A stretch of 63,553 bases of DNA, filler included, from Stramenopiles sp. TOSAG23-3 (Eukaryota), in assembly GCA_900128585.1 (NCBI GenBank). It is 10 parts of 10 records of this genome, joined end to end, with 100 filler letters (N's around TTAATTAATTAA, not from the genome) between each part and the next. Parts side by side here need not be neighbours in the genome. Positions count along the whole stretch, not along the records: positions 10,948 to 21,786 come from LT642781.1; 9 more parts are not named here. One strand, given 5' to 3'. The position numbers were made by a program, and so were the translations under genes. Below, piece by piece: positions 10,950 through 20,875 of the stretch; position 1 is the stretch's first letter; every line of letters begins with the position of its first letter. The notes beneath the pieces were generated by a model. It saw only the letters and a list, made by a program, of their open reading frames with translations, ran no database searches and had not been told where the DNA came from.

Positions 10950-11705
10950 GAGATGGCAGCGTTACGAAAAGTGTTCATACGCAATTGTAATTTGACGACA
11001 TTGCCTCCCCAGATGGAACGGTTGACAGAGATGGTGGATTTTGAGGTATCGTTCAATCGGTTGAAACGGTTTGATGTGGATGTACGAAAGTGGAGGAAAT
11101 TGAATAAATTGCATTTGATGTACAATGAGATTAGCAGTTTGAATGAACACGCTGTATGGAAGCATTCAGAGCTCGCGGCGCTGGGTCTGGGAAATAACAG
11201 CCTAACCTTGCCCCCTGCTTCCAATATTTACATGCCATCGTTAACGTTTTTGCATGTCGGAGACAACAATATGACCATTAGTTCCGCAATAGGAGCGAGC
11301 CTGTTCCCGGTGTTGACGTACCTGTATATAGATGGGAACATGATTCAAAGATTCCCAAAAGAAGATCTAAACGATGGCCTTCTCGAATTGGGGATATCGC
11401 GGTGCAATTTGTATTCTTTCCCGTTGTATTTGTCAACGTTCAAGAAACTCCAGTATCTGGATGCACGGGACAACAATCTTAGTAAGGTTGAGGATGGGTT
11501 AAGAAATATACTACTCCAAAACAATGCGGAATCGTATTTCTCTGGAAACCGCGAACTTTGTTTAACAGAGAAGGTACTGGATTGTGAACCAACATGTTCA
11601 CAGACATGTCCCAGCAAAAAGTTTTCGGGCGATGGATTCTGTCATGTGCAATGCAATACTGACGATTGTCATTTCGACGGCGGGGACTGTAAATTTCGGT
11701 ATTAA
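10950..11705 (+). CDS. Leucine-rich repeat protein with C-terminal LNR (Notch-like) Cys module, 5' truncated
   Basis: Repeated LxxLxLxxNxL units, ending in CSQTCPSKKFSGDGFCHVQCNTDDCHFDGGDC, which matches the LNR pattern GDGxCxxxCNxxxCxxDGGDC. Confidence 0.85.
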   Translation, partial: EMAALRKVFIRNCNLTTLPPQMERLTEMVDFEVSFNRLKRFDVDVRKWRKLNKLHLMYNEISSLNEHAVWKHSELAALGLGNNSLTLPPASNIYMPSLTFLHVGDNNMTISSAIGASLFPVLTYLYIDGNMIQRFPKEDLNDGLLELGISRCNLYSFPLYLSTFKKLQYLDARDNNLSKVEDGLRNILLQNNAESYFSGNRELCLTEKVLDCEPTCSQTCPSKKFSGDGFCHVQCNTDDCHFDGGDCKFRY

Positions 11706-11958
11706 TTTTAGAGCAGGGGTTAAAAAACATGCGACTGAAGCTCTTTTACTTATCGTATCAGTAATGTACTGCGGAAATGAATCTGCTCCTTTTGTCCATT
11801 AGAGGTTTCCGTTCCTTCATGTGCTGCGAACTTATCTCTGCTCTTGTGGTTTTACTAATCAGTATACCCTTGTCACTTTGTGTTGACTACAATTCTCAGA
11901 TGTACTCCATGCATGATCCGAATCGGTATCGTATCATTAAGTGAATTCGTACGAAATT

Positions 11959-12001
11959 NNNNNNNNNNNNNNNNNNNNNNNNNNNNNNNNNNNNNNNNNN
12001 N
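11959..12001. other. Scaffold gap (43 N, no linker)
   Basis: N run without TTAATTAATTAA; hides the C-terminus of the minus-strand gene. Confidence 0.95.
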
Positions 12002-14747
12002 TGATAATGAAGCAAACGCCTCCTCCTAGAGCTGTGCCCCGTTTTCAATTCATAAGTCGTACCTGTAATGTCCACTGTGTATTCCAACGGTTGTTCTCCA
12101 TGGCGGTATACTGCTGGTATGTACTTCCAACAAGGGTACTTCCTTGTTTTGCATTCCATTTTCTTAAATCGATACAACGTTCCGTTCTTTTCCCCGTGTT
12201 TTTTGCATGTTCTATAAGAACAAACCGATTTCGTTCTGATGTTCACTCCTACGCTAACCCTTGTTTGTGGCACATAATCCAAATTCTTGCAACGGAGTAG
12301 TTCGTTTTGAAGGTATCCACTTTTGGACGTGCCGTCCAACTGTACCAAGGCGACCCATTCCCGCTTTTGTTTTGCGTCAACAGCGATCTGTTGAAGCGAA
12401 ATATCGTTTGCGGTAAACAGTGGGCTGGAACATCCATCGTCTACAATATATTGTACGTCGTTTTTCATCTTGGCTATGACTGCTTTGTCCTTGGGGCTTA
12501 TATCGTCTTCCACATAAACCATAGCAACATTTGATACGCCCTCCTGTCCCAAATCTAGATGGCGGTAAGGAGGGCAAAACATTTCCTTATATTTATCTAA
12601 CTGGTCAGGATCCACACCCGTCACCCTTGGGCAAGTGGACGATGCATTGCCATTTGATGTTCTTGCTTTTGATTTCATCATTTCGCTAACCTTAGTGTTT
12701 TGAACATTTTCCTTCAACACAAGAGAGCGTTGGTCCAGTGCCTCCTGCATCTTCAGGGTTGTTGGCTTGTAAATGTGTGATGCCTTCAATTTTTCAAAAA
12801 TTTTATCCCTCGATTCTTTGCTTTCAGCTTCACCTCTTTCTAGCTGTGCTACTCTACTTTCCAGCTGTTCATGGTTTGCTTTGAAACCACCACCACCCTC
12901 TTCGTCAGCTTCTTTACTTTTAGCTTCAGCTTTTTCTAACTCCGCTATTCTGTTTTCTAGCCGCTTATTGCTTGCTTTCAACGCACCAATCCCCATAGCG
13001 CTTTGTTTACGTTGCAACATGGCACTCATAGGTTGCTGTTTTTCGCCGTTCAATTGCCTCGCTTCCATTACTTGAAGAAAACTACTTGATTTTTCCGACA
13101 AAACGTCAACAACAGCAACATGAAATGTGCGAAGCATGTGCTTATACGGGTAAAATAATTCGCACTGTATTGATTCTTCGTCTCTAGGGGAGCGGAACGT
13201 TCTTGGCCCGCACAAGGATACCTGCTCAAACATGGCGTCGATTGTTTCCCGTAATTCCTCAGATTTTCCCGTCGAACCAATGCCCGCCAACACGTTTACC
13301 ATTCCTTTATGTAGGTAACCATCTTTTTCCAACACATCTCTCACTTCTCCATACAAATTCTTAAACGTTATTGGTCCGCCTTGTGCCAACGCAAAAGGTA
13401 CAATCTTTTCCCGCATTATAGTTGCATGTTCGCATGGGTCCTCTTTGCTCTTATCCTCCCTTGATTTGCAACAAATATTTGGCCAGTATTTTTTGCCATT
13501 TTTTAGCCCATGCTGACTCGACACAACGTCGAAATCATTTCGAAAATTGCAAAAGGCTTCGATCATCTCGTCCCTGTTTCTGTTGATACATGTATTGCCA
13601 TCCTCCTCCTCATTAAGCGACACTGTTGAGAAAACGGTTATACGGTTTTTCTTCTCCTTTTCACATTCATTTTCGTTTGCTTTCGCGTCAGCCTTTTCGC
13701 GCGAAGCACGTAACTTTTCATACTTGATACGGACGTCTTCCGATGCCCACATTCTTCTCAACTTGGCCAATTGACCATGTGCCGCCGAGCGAACTTCGTC
13801 TGCTCTTGTTTTCGATTTCTTCAGAGATTGTATAATTTTTCCTGCTATGGCGTGCGCTTTTTCGAGGCGTTTTCCGTGCTCGGTCAAACGAATTTCGTGC
13901 TCGGTCAATATTTTTTGAGCTTTGGCTGCCCTTTCTTGGGCTTTGGCTGCCGCTTTTTGGGCTTTGGCTGCCTTTCTTTGGGCTTTGGATGCCTTTCTTT
14001 GGGCTTTGGCTGCCGTTTCGTGGGCTTTGGCTATTCCCTGTGCGTTCCGGTTGCTTGTTACAACACCAGCTTGAAGTAATGTATTGCCCCATTTGCATTC
14101 AGCATAGCGGTATTTCTTACATTCAAGTTGACAATAGTCTTTCGTTGTTCCTCTGTTAATGTGAATTTTTCCTGCACGACCTTGAATACGACACACCTTC
14201 GGTGGGGGCGGTGGGGGCGGTGGGGGCGACGCAGATAGAAAAACCTTGCCTGCAAACTCGCAGCGTCTGTACCTATGTTTATTGCATGCATTTGCACACT
14301 CCCGCTTCGTCTTGACACCTCTGTTATACAAAACGTCGTTCCTTTGGGTTCCAACAATTTTGCAGGGTGACGGTGGGTGGTCCTTCAGCAATTTTCCATT
14401 CCAATTGCACTTAGCATAACTATACCTATTGCAGATTTGACGGCAATCGTGCAATCGTTGATGGTTGTTGACATGGGTTGCACCGCCACGACCAACAATA
14501 AGGCAATGTTTCGAGTGCCCCTTACCTGACGGGTGGTCGTGAATAATCCACTGCCCATATTCACACCTGACGTTTGGGCCCCTCCTCCTCTGTTGGCACT
14601 TCGTTCTACAATAACTAGAGCTGTGAACGTGTTGTCGAAACTGGACCTTATCCGCCCATCCAAAAAGTCCCCAAGGCCACTGGAAATGGCCAAGGAAAGG
14701 ACTGCCAATAAGCAAAGGGCAAAAAATATAAAGGATGTTGCTTTCAT
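12002..14747 (-). CDS. Large secreted precursor: signal peptide, four Cys4 repeats, poly-Pro, AKAQ heptads, coiled coils and a C-terminal RRRRLL; frameshifted near the 5' end
   Basis: The signal peptide MKATSFIFFALCLLAVLSLAISSG (ATG 14747) is in a different frame from the long ORF (track 11896..14715). The true stop probably lies in the N gap. Confidence 0.75.
13875..14032. repeat. Coding 21-bp tandem repeats (LTEHxxR x2; AAKAQxx about x5)
   Basis: Period-21 units such as GCTTTGGCTGCCTTTCTTTGG. Confidence 0.9.
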
Positions 14748-15030
14748 AATACCCCCAATGCCGAAGTAGAACAAATCTCGGTTGTTTTCTTAATGCTGCG
14801 TAATGAGTTCAACTGCGGAACAAGAGTGATTTGTAACTTTGCCACTTTCGCTGATTGTTCTGTCCGTATGTATGCGCAAGGCGGAATGCCCCCCATTTCT
14901 TTGATTGTAAATACTAACTACTGACTACTGCATGCTGTGTTCCTCCGATCCCCCCTCCTCCTCTGTTGGCACTTCGTTCTACAATAACTAGAGCTGTGAA
15001 CGTGTTGTCGAAACTGGACCTTATCCGCCC
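14579..15030. repeat. Identical 79-bp direct repeat (14579-14657 and 14952-15030)
   Basis: CCCCTCCTCCTCTGTTGGCACTTCG...CTTATCCGCCC occurs twice, 373 bp apart. Confidence 0.92.
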
Positions 15031-15081
15031 TATCATATACTATTATACAAGTACAAGTACAAGTCGAAAATTTAACGCCCA

Positions 15082-15441
15082 GTTTTTTCAAGTACAGATT
15101 ATCGTATGCTTTTCGAAATCGTACGCCTATCCGATTGGCATCGCTAGAGAACAGGCAGAACACAGTAGGAAGAACGAATTAGACTACATGATTACTGTAC
15201 TTCGAGTCTTCTCATAGGTGCTATGAAAACTCTAGGGACTCATGTTTTTCAGGTTCTTTTTGTATGTTCCGTGTTTTTTCAAATACATATTATTCGTACT
15301 TTTTGCGACATCGTATGCCCTATCCAATCGGTGTAGAGCGCAGTGAGTATTACATACTTTGCGTAGAATAGAACGCATTAGGAAGAACAAATTACATTAC
15401 AAGATTACTATACTTAGAGTCTTGTTCACTGGTGCTATGAA
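15082..15441. repeat. Diverged direct repeat (15082-15227 vs 15273-15441)
   Basis: Shared colinear blocks TTTTTTCAAxTACA, ATCGTAxGCC, TAGGAAGAACxAATTA, GATTACTxTACTTxGAGTCTT and GGTGCTATGAA. Confidence 0.8.
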
Positions 15442-15757
15442 CTTCCGGTTGAACGATACTGTGCGTTAAACAGACTGCTGAAAAATAAGATTCTAACAAA
15501 TATTATTAATTACCAAGAGAATACGGCAAACCCAAAAAGTCCGTCCTCCGAATGCGAACTCCCTTTTTATTTACCTAATATTACTAAATTATTCGGACTT
15601 ATTAAAACGTGGAACGAAGGGGGGTTAGAGAATTGCGGCATTGTTTGTTGTTCTCAAAAAATGCGCTTTAATTCATTTTTCTTCGTTCTCTGAAATTGTT
15701 GTTGAGTGAAGGATACGGTGAACTAATTGTAGTACTACCGAAGCCAACTGGGAAGCT

Positions 15758-16882
15758 ATGAAAGTTCATGCGTCGGAAGGAGCAGTTGCCGTTGCTCGTA
15801 AGGGTTCAATCGTAAATCTGGAATATAAACTGCACCAACTAACTCCAGATTTTGATTCACTTGGTCATAAGGATTATTCGCATAACAAATGGTATACCAA
15901 ATTGCCAATAATTGATGTCATTTATGATACGTTTATGAATCAGCGGACCACACCTGAAGCAATGACAGAAACGTTGAACGTGGTTGCTTTAGTATCTGCT
16001 TTATTTGCTTCGGTTGCAACTAACATACCCATGTCGTTTGAGTTTGAGGAAATTGTCGAACAAAACCAACACTTGTGGTTGAACAACCAAAGCGCGTGGT
16101 CGAGGTACTATCAACTAAGTGAAACCGAGTCAGAGGCAGACATAGAAGCAAGGATACTGGAATACTATGCAATAGGCACTGGGTATGTATCATCCGCAAT
16201 CACACAACTTTTGAGTTCTACAATTATGTCTTGCATAGTGTTATTGTTTCTAAAGTCGACATCGTTCCATTCCCCTGCGTCGACAAGGCACGAAATCAGT
16301 ATCGATATGTTCAGAGCTTGGTACAGCATCATCAGGTTCCCATACGTGACCGCTTTCTTTTTATGCGTTGCTGGATCGATCAATATGTTCCAATCAATGG
16401 CATTTGTGATTAACAGAAAGTTCCCAGACTATTCTTGCAAGGATGAGATGGGGTTTTCCTGCTTTTACACACTACCTGCGCCATTTGGCAGTGTTTGGGG
16501 AAGATTCTTTTCGGATGGCGTGATTTATGTGTGCGTCCTCAACTTTGTCGCATGGTGCCTTGGTTCGGTAGCGTTGCAGCGGAAACGGAAGAAGTTTGAA
16601 GCAATTACGTCAACAATGGATAATTTATTTTTATCAGGTAGGCCAAAGAATCTGAAAAGCTTCATGTACAATTCAGTTTTGCAAGACAAACCGGGGGACA
16701 TTGGGATATCGGAAGACGATATCAACAGCGCAGTGTTGACATTTCTTCAGCATGGGATGTACAGCAAAGAAATAATCGAGGAAGAGATTGGCTTTATTGA
16801 CTGGGGCGATTATGAAGGATTTCCTGTCCGAATTAAACAAAGGCTTCTACGGTACTTCAATGCAAAGAAAGTTAACAATTAA
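15758..16882 (+). CDS. Hypothetical membrane protein, about 4 TM helices, small C-terminal helical domain
   Basis: 374-aa ORF with hydrophobic segments VVALVSALFASVA, LLSSTIMSCIVLLFL, VTAFFLCVAGSINMF and VIYVCVLNFVAWCLGSVAL. Confidence 0.8.
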   Translation: MKVHASEGAVAVARKGSIVNLEYKLHQLTPDFDSLGHKDYSHNKWYTKLPIIDVIYDTFMNQRTTPEAMTETLNVVALVSALFASVATNIPMSFEFEEIVEQNQHLWLNNQSAWSRYYQLSETESEADIEARILEYYAIGTGYVSSAITQLLSSTIMSCIVLLFLKSTSFHSPASTRHEISIDMFRAWYSIIRFPYVTAFFLCVAGSINMFQSMAFVINRKFPDYSCKDEMGFSCFYTLPAPFGSVWGRFFSDGVIYVCVLNFVAWCLGSVALQRKRKKFEAITSTMDNLFLSGRPKNLKSFMYNSVLQDKPGDIGISEDDINSAVLTFLQHGMYSKEIIEEEIGFIDWGDYEGFPVRIKQRLLRYFNAKKVNN

Positions 16883-17425
16883 AGACTTACGATTGTGGGT
16901 AGCCGTCTATTCGTGGCGTGCGTTGCGTGGGTTGGTTGGTGGTCACGCTCGTCTGTTTTGCTTGCTTGATTCGAACCAAGCAGGGCAGGCAAACGGAGGT
17001 CAGGGTCGCTGGTTGGTAGGAAAACGACTGTTTTTTCAACAACAACAAAAGAATACACAAATGTATACGACAATGGTGGTAATGAATAACAATAAATTAA
17101 ATTAAACAACTATCGTGTATGCACTTGATCTATATTCCTTCTTTCCTTTTATTCAATTCATTTCCATTTATTTATGCATAGCTACTTTCTCTTCTTTCTT
17201 CTTTCAACACAAAAAAAGATTAAACAAATTTCTCTTCGATCATCTTTTTCATAGGTAATATAAATCATTTTAGTATGTATTGATAGTATACTAATAACTT
17301 ATATGCTTCTCTTCAATGGATGGACGGAAGCACTATACGCATTTATATAGGCGTTGTATTACAAGTATGAAAAAGAAAGAAAGGAATATACATAAACACA
17401 GCATAAGAAAGAAACACCATACAAC

Positions 17426-18208
17426 TAGGACGCCGTCGTTGTTGGTGTCCAGCTCGTCGAACTCTTTCGCGAGCTCGGCCTCGATGCGCGCTTCCCCCTT
17501 CAGGTACCATGCGGAGAACTCCTCGAAGCTCACGTCCCCAGACTTGTCTGTGTCCAGCTCGGCCATGTACTTCTCCACCTGCTTCTGCGTCGGCTTGGTC
17601 CCCATCCGTTCCAGAAGGTGCCGGACGTTTTGTATTTCAATCATTCCATTTTTCTCCTCGTCCAAGGCGTCGAACGTTTCTCTCATGTTCCCCTCGATTT
17701 CCGCTATCGCGTACGCGGCCAGAGTCTCTTCCATGGTGGTCTGCTGGGTCATCAGACTGAACAGACCCGCGTTGAAATTTCCCAGGTCCGCACGCTGCTG
17801 CACTTGGCCGTATCGGTGGTGGTGGCCTAGGCGGCGGCCGGGGCGGCGCCGGACCCCTCCGCCATCGGGTTGGCACTCGTCATTTCAATGTCCTTTTCCC
17901 CCTCGTCCGACTGGACGCTGCCGGGGTAAAAGGTCCTGTAATACCATTGTTTCAGGGCTAAATTTTTCCACATGATAAGGACGTACCCAATGTACAAGAG
18001 GAATTGGACGCAGGCTTCCGGGAACTCGATGAACGATGTTTTGCCCGGGTGTGCTTCTTTCGCCGATTCCGAGCCCTCGTTGGCGAAGAAATACGCAAGC
18101 AAGCCCAGCGATATGGTGTACCACAGCGCGTCCCTTGCCAACGGGTAGGACGTCAGCGTCAGCACGTCCTTGGAGGCCATGGCGCACACCCCGATGACGA
18201 AGAGGACC
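17426..18208 (-). pseudogene. Middle fragment of a K+-dependent Na+/Ca2+ exchanger (NCKX/SLC24-like) with EF hands
   Basis: VLFVIGVCAMASKDVLTLTSYPLARDALWY matches the helices after NCKX alpha-1. There is a TAG and frame change at about 17827, then EF loops DEEKNGMIE, DTDKSGDVSFEE and DTNNDGVL, then abrupt AT-rich sequence. No alpha-2 half is present. Confidence 0.85.
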
Positions 18209-19597
18209 CTAACTTCGTAAAACCAATGCTAAAACTGCTATTAGTAAGCTGACCAACGAACCAATTACACGTTCATACAATTCTAAAGTTATCGGAATCC
18301 CAAATACACTCCAAATGACACTTTGCCGTTGAATTTCTAATCCATCAAAAAAATATTTTAATGCGCCACTATTGCTCTCACCATTAAAACACTCAGATAA
18401 AATAAATACATTATCACCGCAATGTAATGATCTCAAAAAAAGCGTATATCTTATGGAAGGCTTCATGGATAGTGTTAAAACCATATACAATCCAAACATC
18501 CATATTGTTTCCCCCAAAATCACAAAGGCTAACTGATTAATGTCGAGAATAAAACCACTTTTAAAACTCTCTAAGACAAACTGTACACCAACCACTATTA
18601 TAATCAAAATTAGATATATTGTGACCAAACCAACTGAGCTACTGAAATATTGAACAAATCGTTTCGTGTTTGATGCAATTTTTTTTAGTGGTTGAATGAT
18701 AATTTTAATTATTCTTTTTGCATCTTTACGACTAATTATCTTCCTTTCCAACATCATTGATTTTGTGTGACCTAACTCGTTTATGTTATCATCACCGCCA
18801 TCATCAGATTCAAAAAAAAAAGATAGGGCTTTGTTGGTCTTTTCTGACATTCGATTAATTTGACATGCAATACTTTCCGATTCTACAACTAATATGAATA
18901 TTAAAAATTCACAATACAAAACAAACCCAATAGTATTTGTGTACATCAGCGTGGGAACATATATCATGAACAAAGTTACAAACCATTCCGGACTACCTTC
19001 AAACGACATCTGAAACATGTTGACCCAGTTGAAAACTGAGAAAATTAAATGACCGACTAGGAAAGTTGAAAAATATTTTGTTGCCAACTTCTTTGACGTT
19101 ATCGGCAATTTTTTCCAAGACTTTAAGAACGTGGACCGGCCTGCATTGCCATTGAAATATTGGTGAACTCTTATTATCACCATTGGGCCATAAATAAAAT
19201 AGCAAATCGGGGTAGGTAGACTACCAATATTAACATTTGTTTGACCATTCAACTGGAAGTTCAACGTGAGAACCACGCCAGTGCCTATACACGCTACGAC
19301 AGCAACCCATTTCAAAATAAATTTAATAGGATGGGAGTCACTTTCAAATAAAAATACAAGTTTTGCTGCTAAACGAAAGGGCGCAGGCATTTCTGCCAAT
19401 AGCTCAGATTTTGAAACTATATCTAGTTTGCTTTCCATAATACTTTCTTCTTCCTCCTCTTCTTCTATTTCTTTAAATACTGTATCATAACTATGATTAT
19501 TTCCAACGTTGCCATTACTATTGGTATCAGTGTCACTCACAATCTCAATTTTTTTTGTTTTATAGTCATTGACGTGATACTTATTACCAGTATCCAT
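18209..19597 (-). CDS. Seven-TM protein, candidate gustatory-receptor-like (7TMIC/DUF3537-like) channel
   Basis: 462 aa with no signal peptide, seven hydrophobic helices, a long loop between TM4 and TM5, and the C-terminus WSVFGIPITLELYERVIGSLVSLLIAVLALVLRS. The family call is inference. Confidence 0.7.
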   Translation of the reverse strand: MDTGNKYHVNDYKTKKIEIVSDTDTNSNGNVGNNHSYDTVFKEIEEEEEEESIMESKLDIVSKSELLAEMPAPFRLAAKLVFLFESDSHPIKFILKWVAVVACIGTGVVLTLNFQLNGQTNVNIGSLPTPICYFIYGPMVIIRVHQYFNGNAGRSTFLKSWKKLPITSKKLATKYFSTFLVGHLIFSVFNWVNMFQMSFEGSPEWFVTLFMIYVPTLMYTNTIGFVLYCEFLIFILVVESESIACQINRMSEKTNKALSFFFESDDGGDDNINELGHTKSMMLERKIISRKDAKRIIKIIIQPLKKIASNTKRFVQYFSSSVGLVTIYLILIIIVVGVQFVLESFKSGFILDINQLAFVILGETIWMFGLYMVLTLSMKPSIRYTLFLRSLHCGDNVFILSECFNGESNSGALKYFFDGLEIQRQSVIWSVFGIPITLELYERVIGSLVSLLIAVLALVLRS

Positions 19598-20121
19598 TGC
19601 GGGTGGTTATTCCTTGAAAAAGAAAGCAATGTGCAAGAAAAATGAAAATGATGAAGAAAAAGAGAGCTTCGTCAAAAAGAAAATCTAGAAGAATTGGTAA
19701 AAGTAGGACCAAGAGAAAGACCCAAAAAAGAAAGAAGAAAAAAGAAACAACCAAAAAATCAAATCAAATCAAATAAAAATAATAAATAACGGCCAGCGAG
19801 TGAGTGAGTCTTGCCTGTTGTTGTTCTCCTTTTCTAGTATTATATATATATACACACTATGAAGAAATATGTTATTATTTTAATTCCTCCATTCTTCATC
19901 GATCGATCGATCAATCCTCCGCAGAGAGATTATTAATTATTATTATTATCAATTTCATTTCAAGAGAGAATCCAATAGAGATGAGAATGTATAAATAATA
20001 ATGTTTATTTTCTATGTATCTCATCTCATACGCACAAATAATTTTTCAACTGGTACATTTTTCCCTACTTTTTAGTGAATGTATTGTTACGGACAAAATA
20101 TAAACATCTACTAGTATAATA

Positions 20122-20733
20122 ATGGCGTTTGATTTATCGTCTGTCCCTGTGGAAGAAGTTGGGGTGGTGGATCCACCGGCGAGTTATGATGTGTGTACAT
20201 TTGAACGGGATTTGTTGAAGGGAGGCTCGACGGCAGCAGGGCTTTCGAGGGCAGAATTGCCCCTTTATTACGAAGTGTGGAACTGGGAAGGGGACACAAG
20301 CGTGTTGCCTGGGAAATGGTTTAGGGTGGTGAAGAAATGCTTTGGGGCAAAGTTTTGCGACCAGAAAGGGATCCGCTCGGGGGCGTACTTGAGAGAGAAG
20401 TACGGGGTAGACCACGGCGGGAACAAGAGCTTTGACCCAAAGTCGTTCTTTTTTGTCACGCTGAGGTCTGAGGTCGTGGCGACGTGCTTTGGGTGGAAGG
20501 AGGTAAGCGACGGCGGCGGCACCATCGGGGTGCTGCACTGGCTGGCAGTAGACCCGGGGCATAGAAAGCTGGGCATTGGGACCGCGCTCATAACTTTGGT
20601 ATGCAACAGACTGAAAGAGCAAGGCTTTGAAAAATGTAGACTGCGAACAGAGAGCTTCCGGGAAGGCGCCATACGGCTGTACCTCGCCAATGGATTTTTG
20701 CTCATCGGAAAGGAGAAAGCTGGGGGGGAATGA
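20122..20733 (+). CDS. GNAT-family N-acetyltransferase
   Basis: Motif A LHWLAVDPGHRKLGIGTAL and motif B AIRLYLANGF. Confidence 0.92.
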   Translation: MAFDLSSVPVEEVGVVDPPASYDVCTFERDLLKGGSTAAGLSRAELPLYYEVWNWEGDTSVLPGKWFRVVKKCFGAKFCDQKGIRSGAYLREKYGVDHGGNKSFDPKSFFFVTLRSEVVATCFGWKEVSDGGGTIGVLHWLAVDPGHRKLGIGTALITLVCNRLKEQGFEKCRLRTESFREGAIRLYLANGFLLIGKEKAGGE

Positions 20734-20875
20734 TTGGCGTTGTAAAGAAACGAGATTATTTTATGTTACGTTTGCCTCATTTAAAAAAGTGTTCTTATTA
20801 CCATCTAATGTTTTCTTATTTTCATTGGAAAAACATTGAAATAAAACGATTAAATTCAGGTATGATATGATCGAT

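Noticed and set aside
18209-20875. The 2.67-kb interval as a giant intron of NCKX with nested genes
   Set aside because: TAG|G at 18209 resembles an acceptor, but there is no GT donor at 20875, about 16 essential codons are missing, and the NCKX pieces have further lesions.
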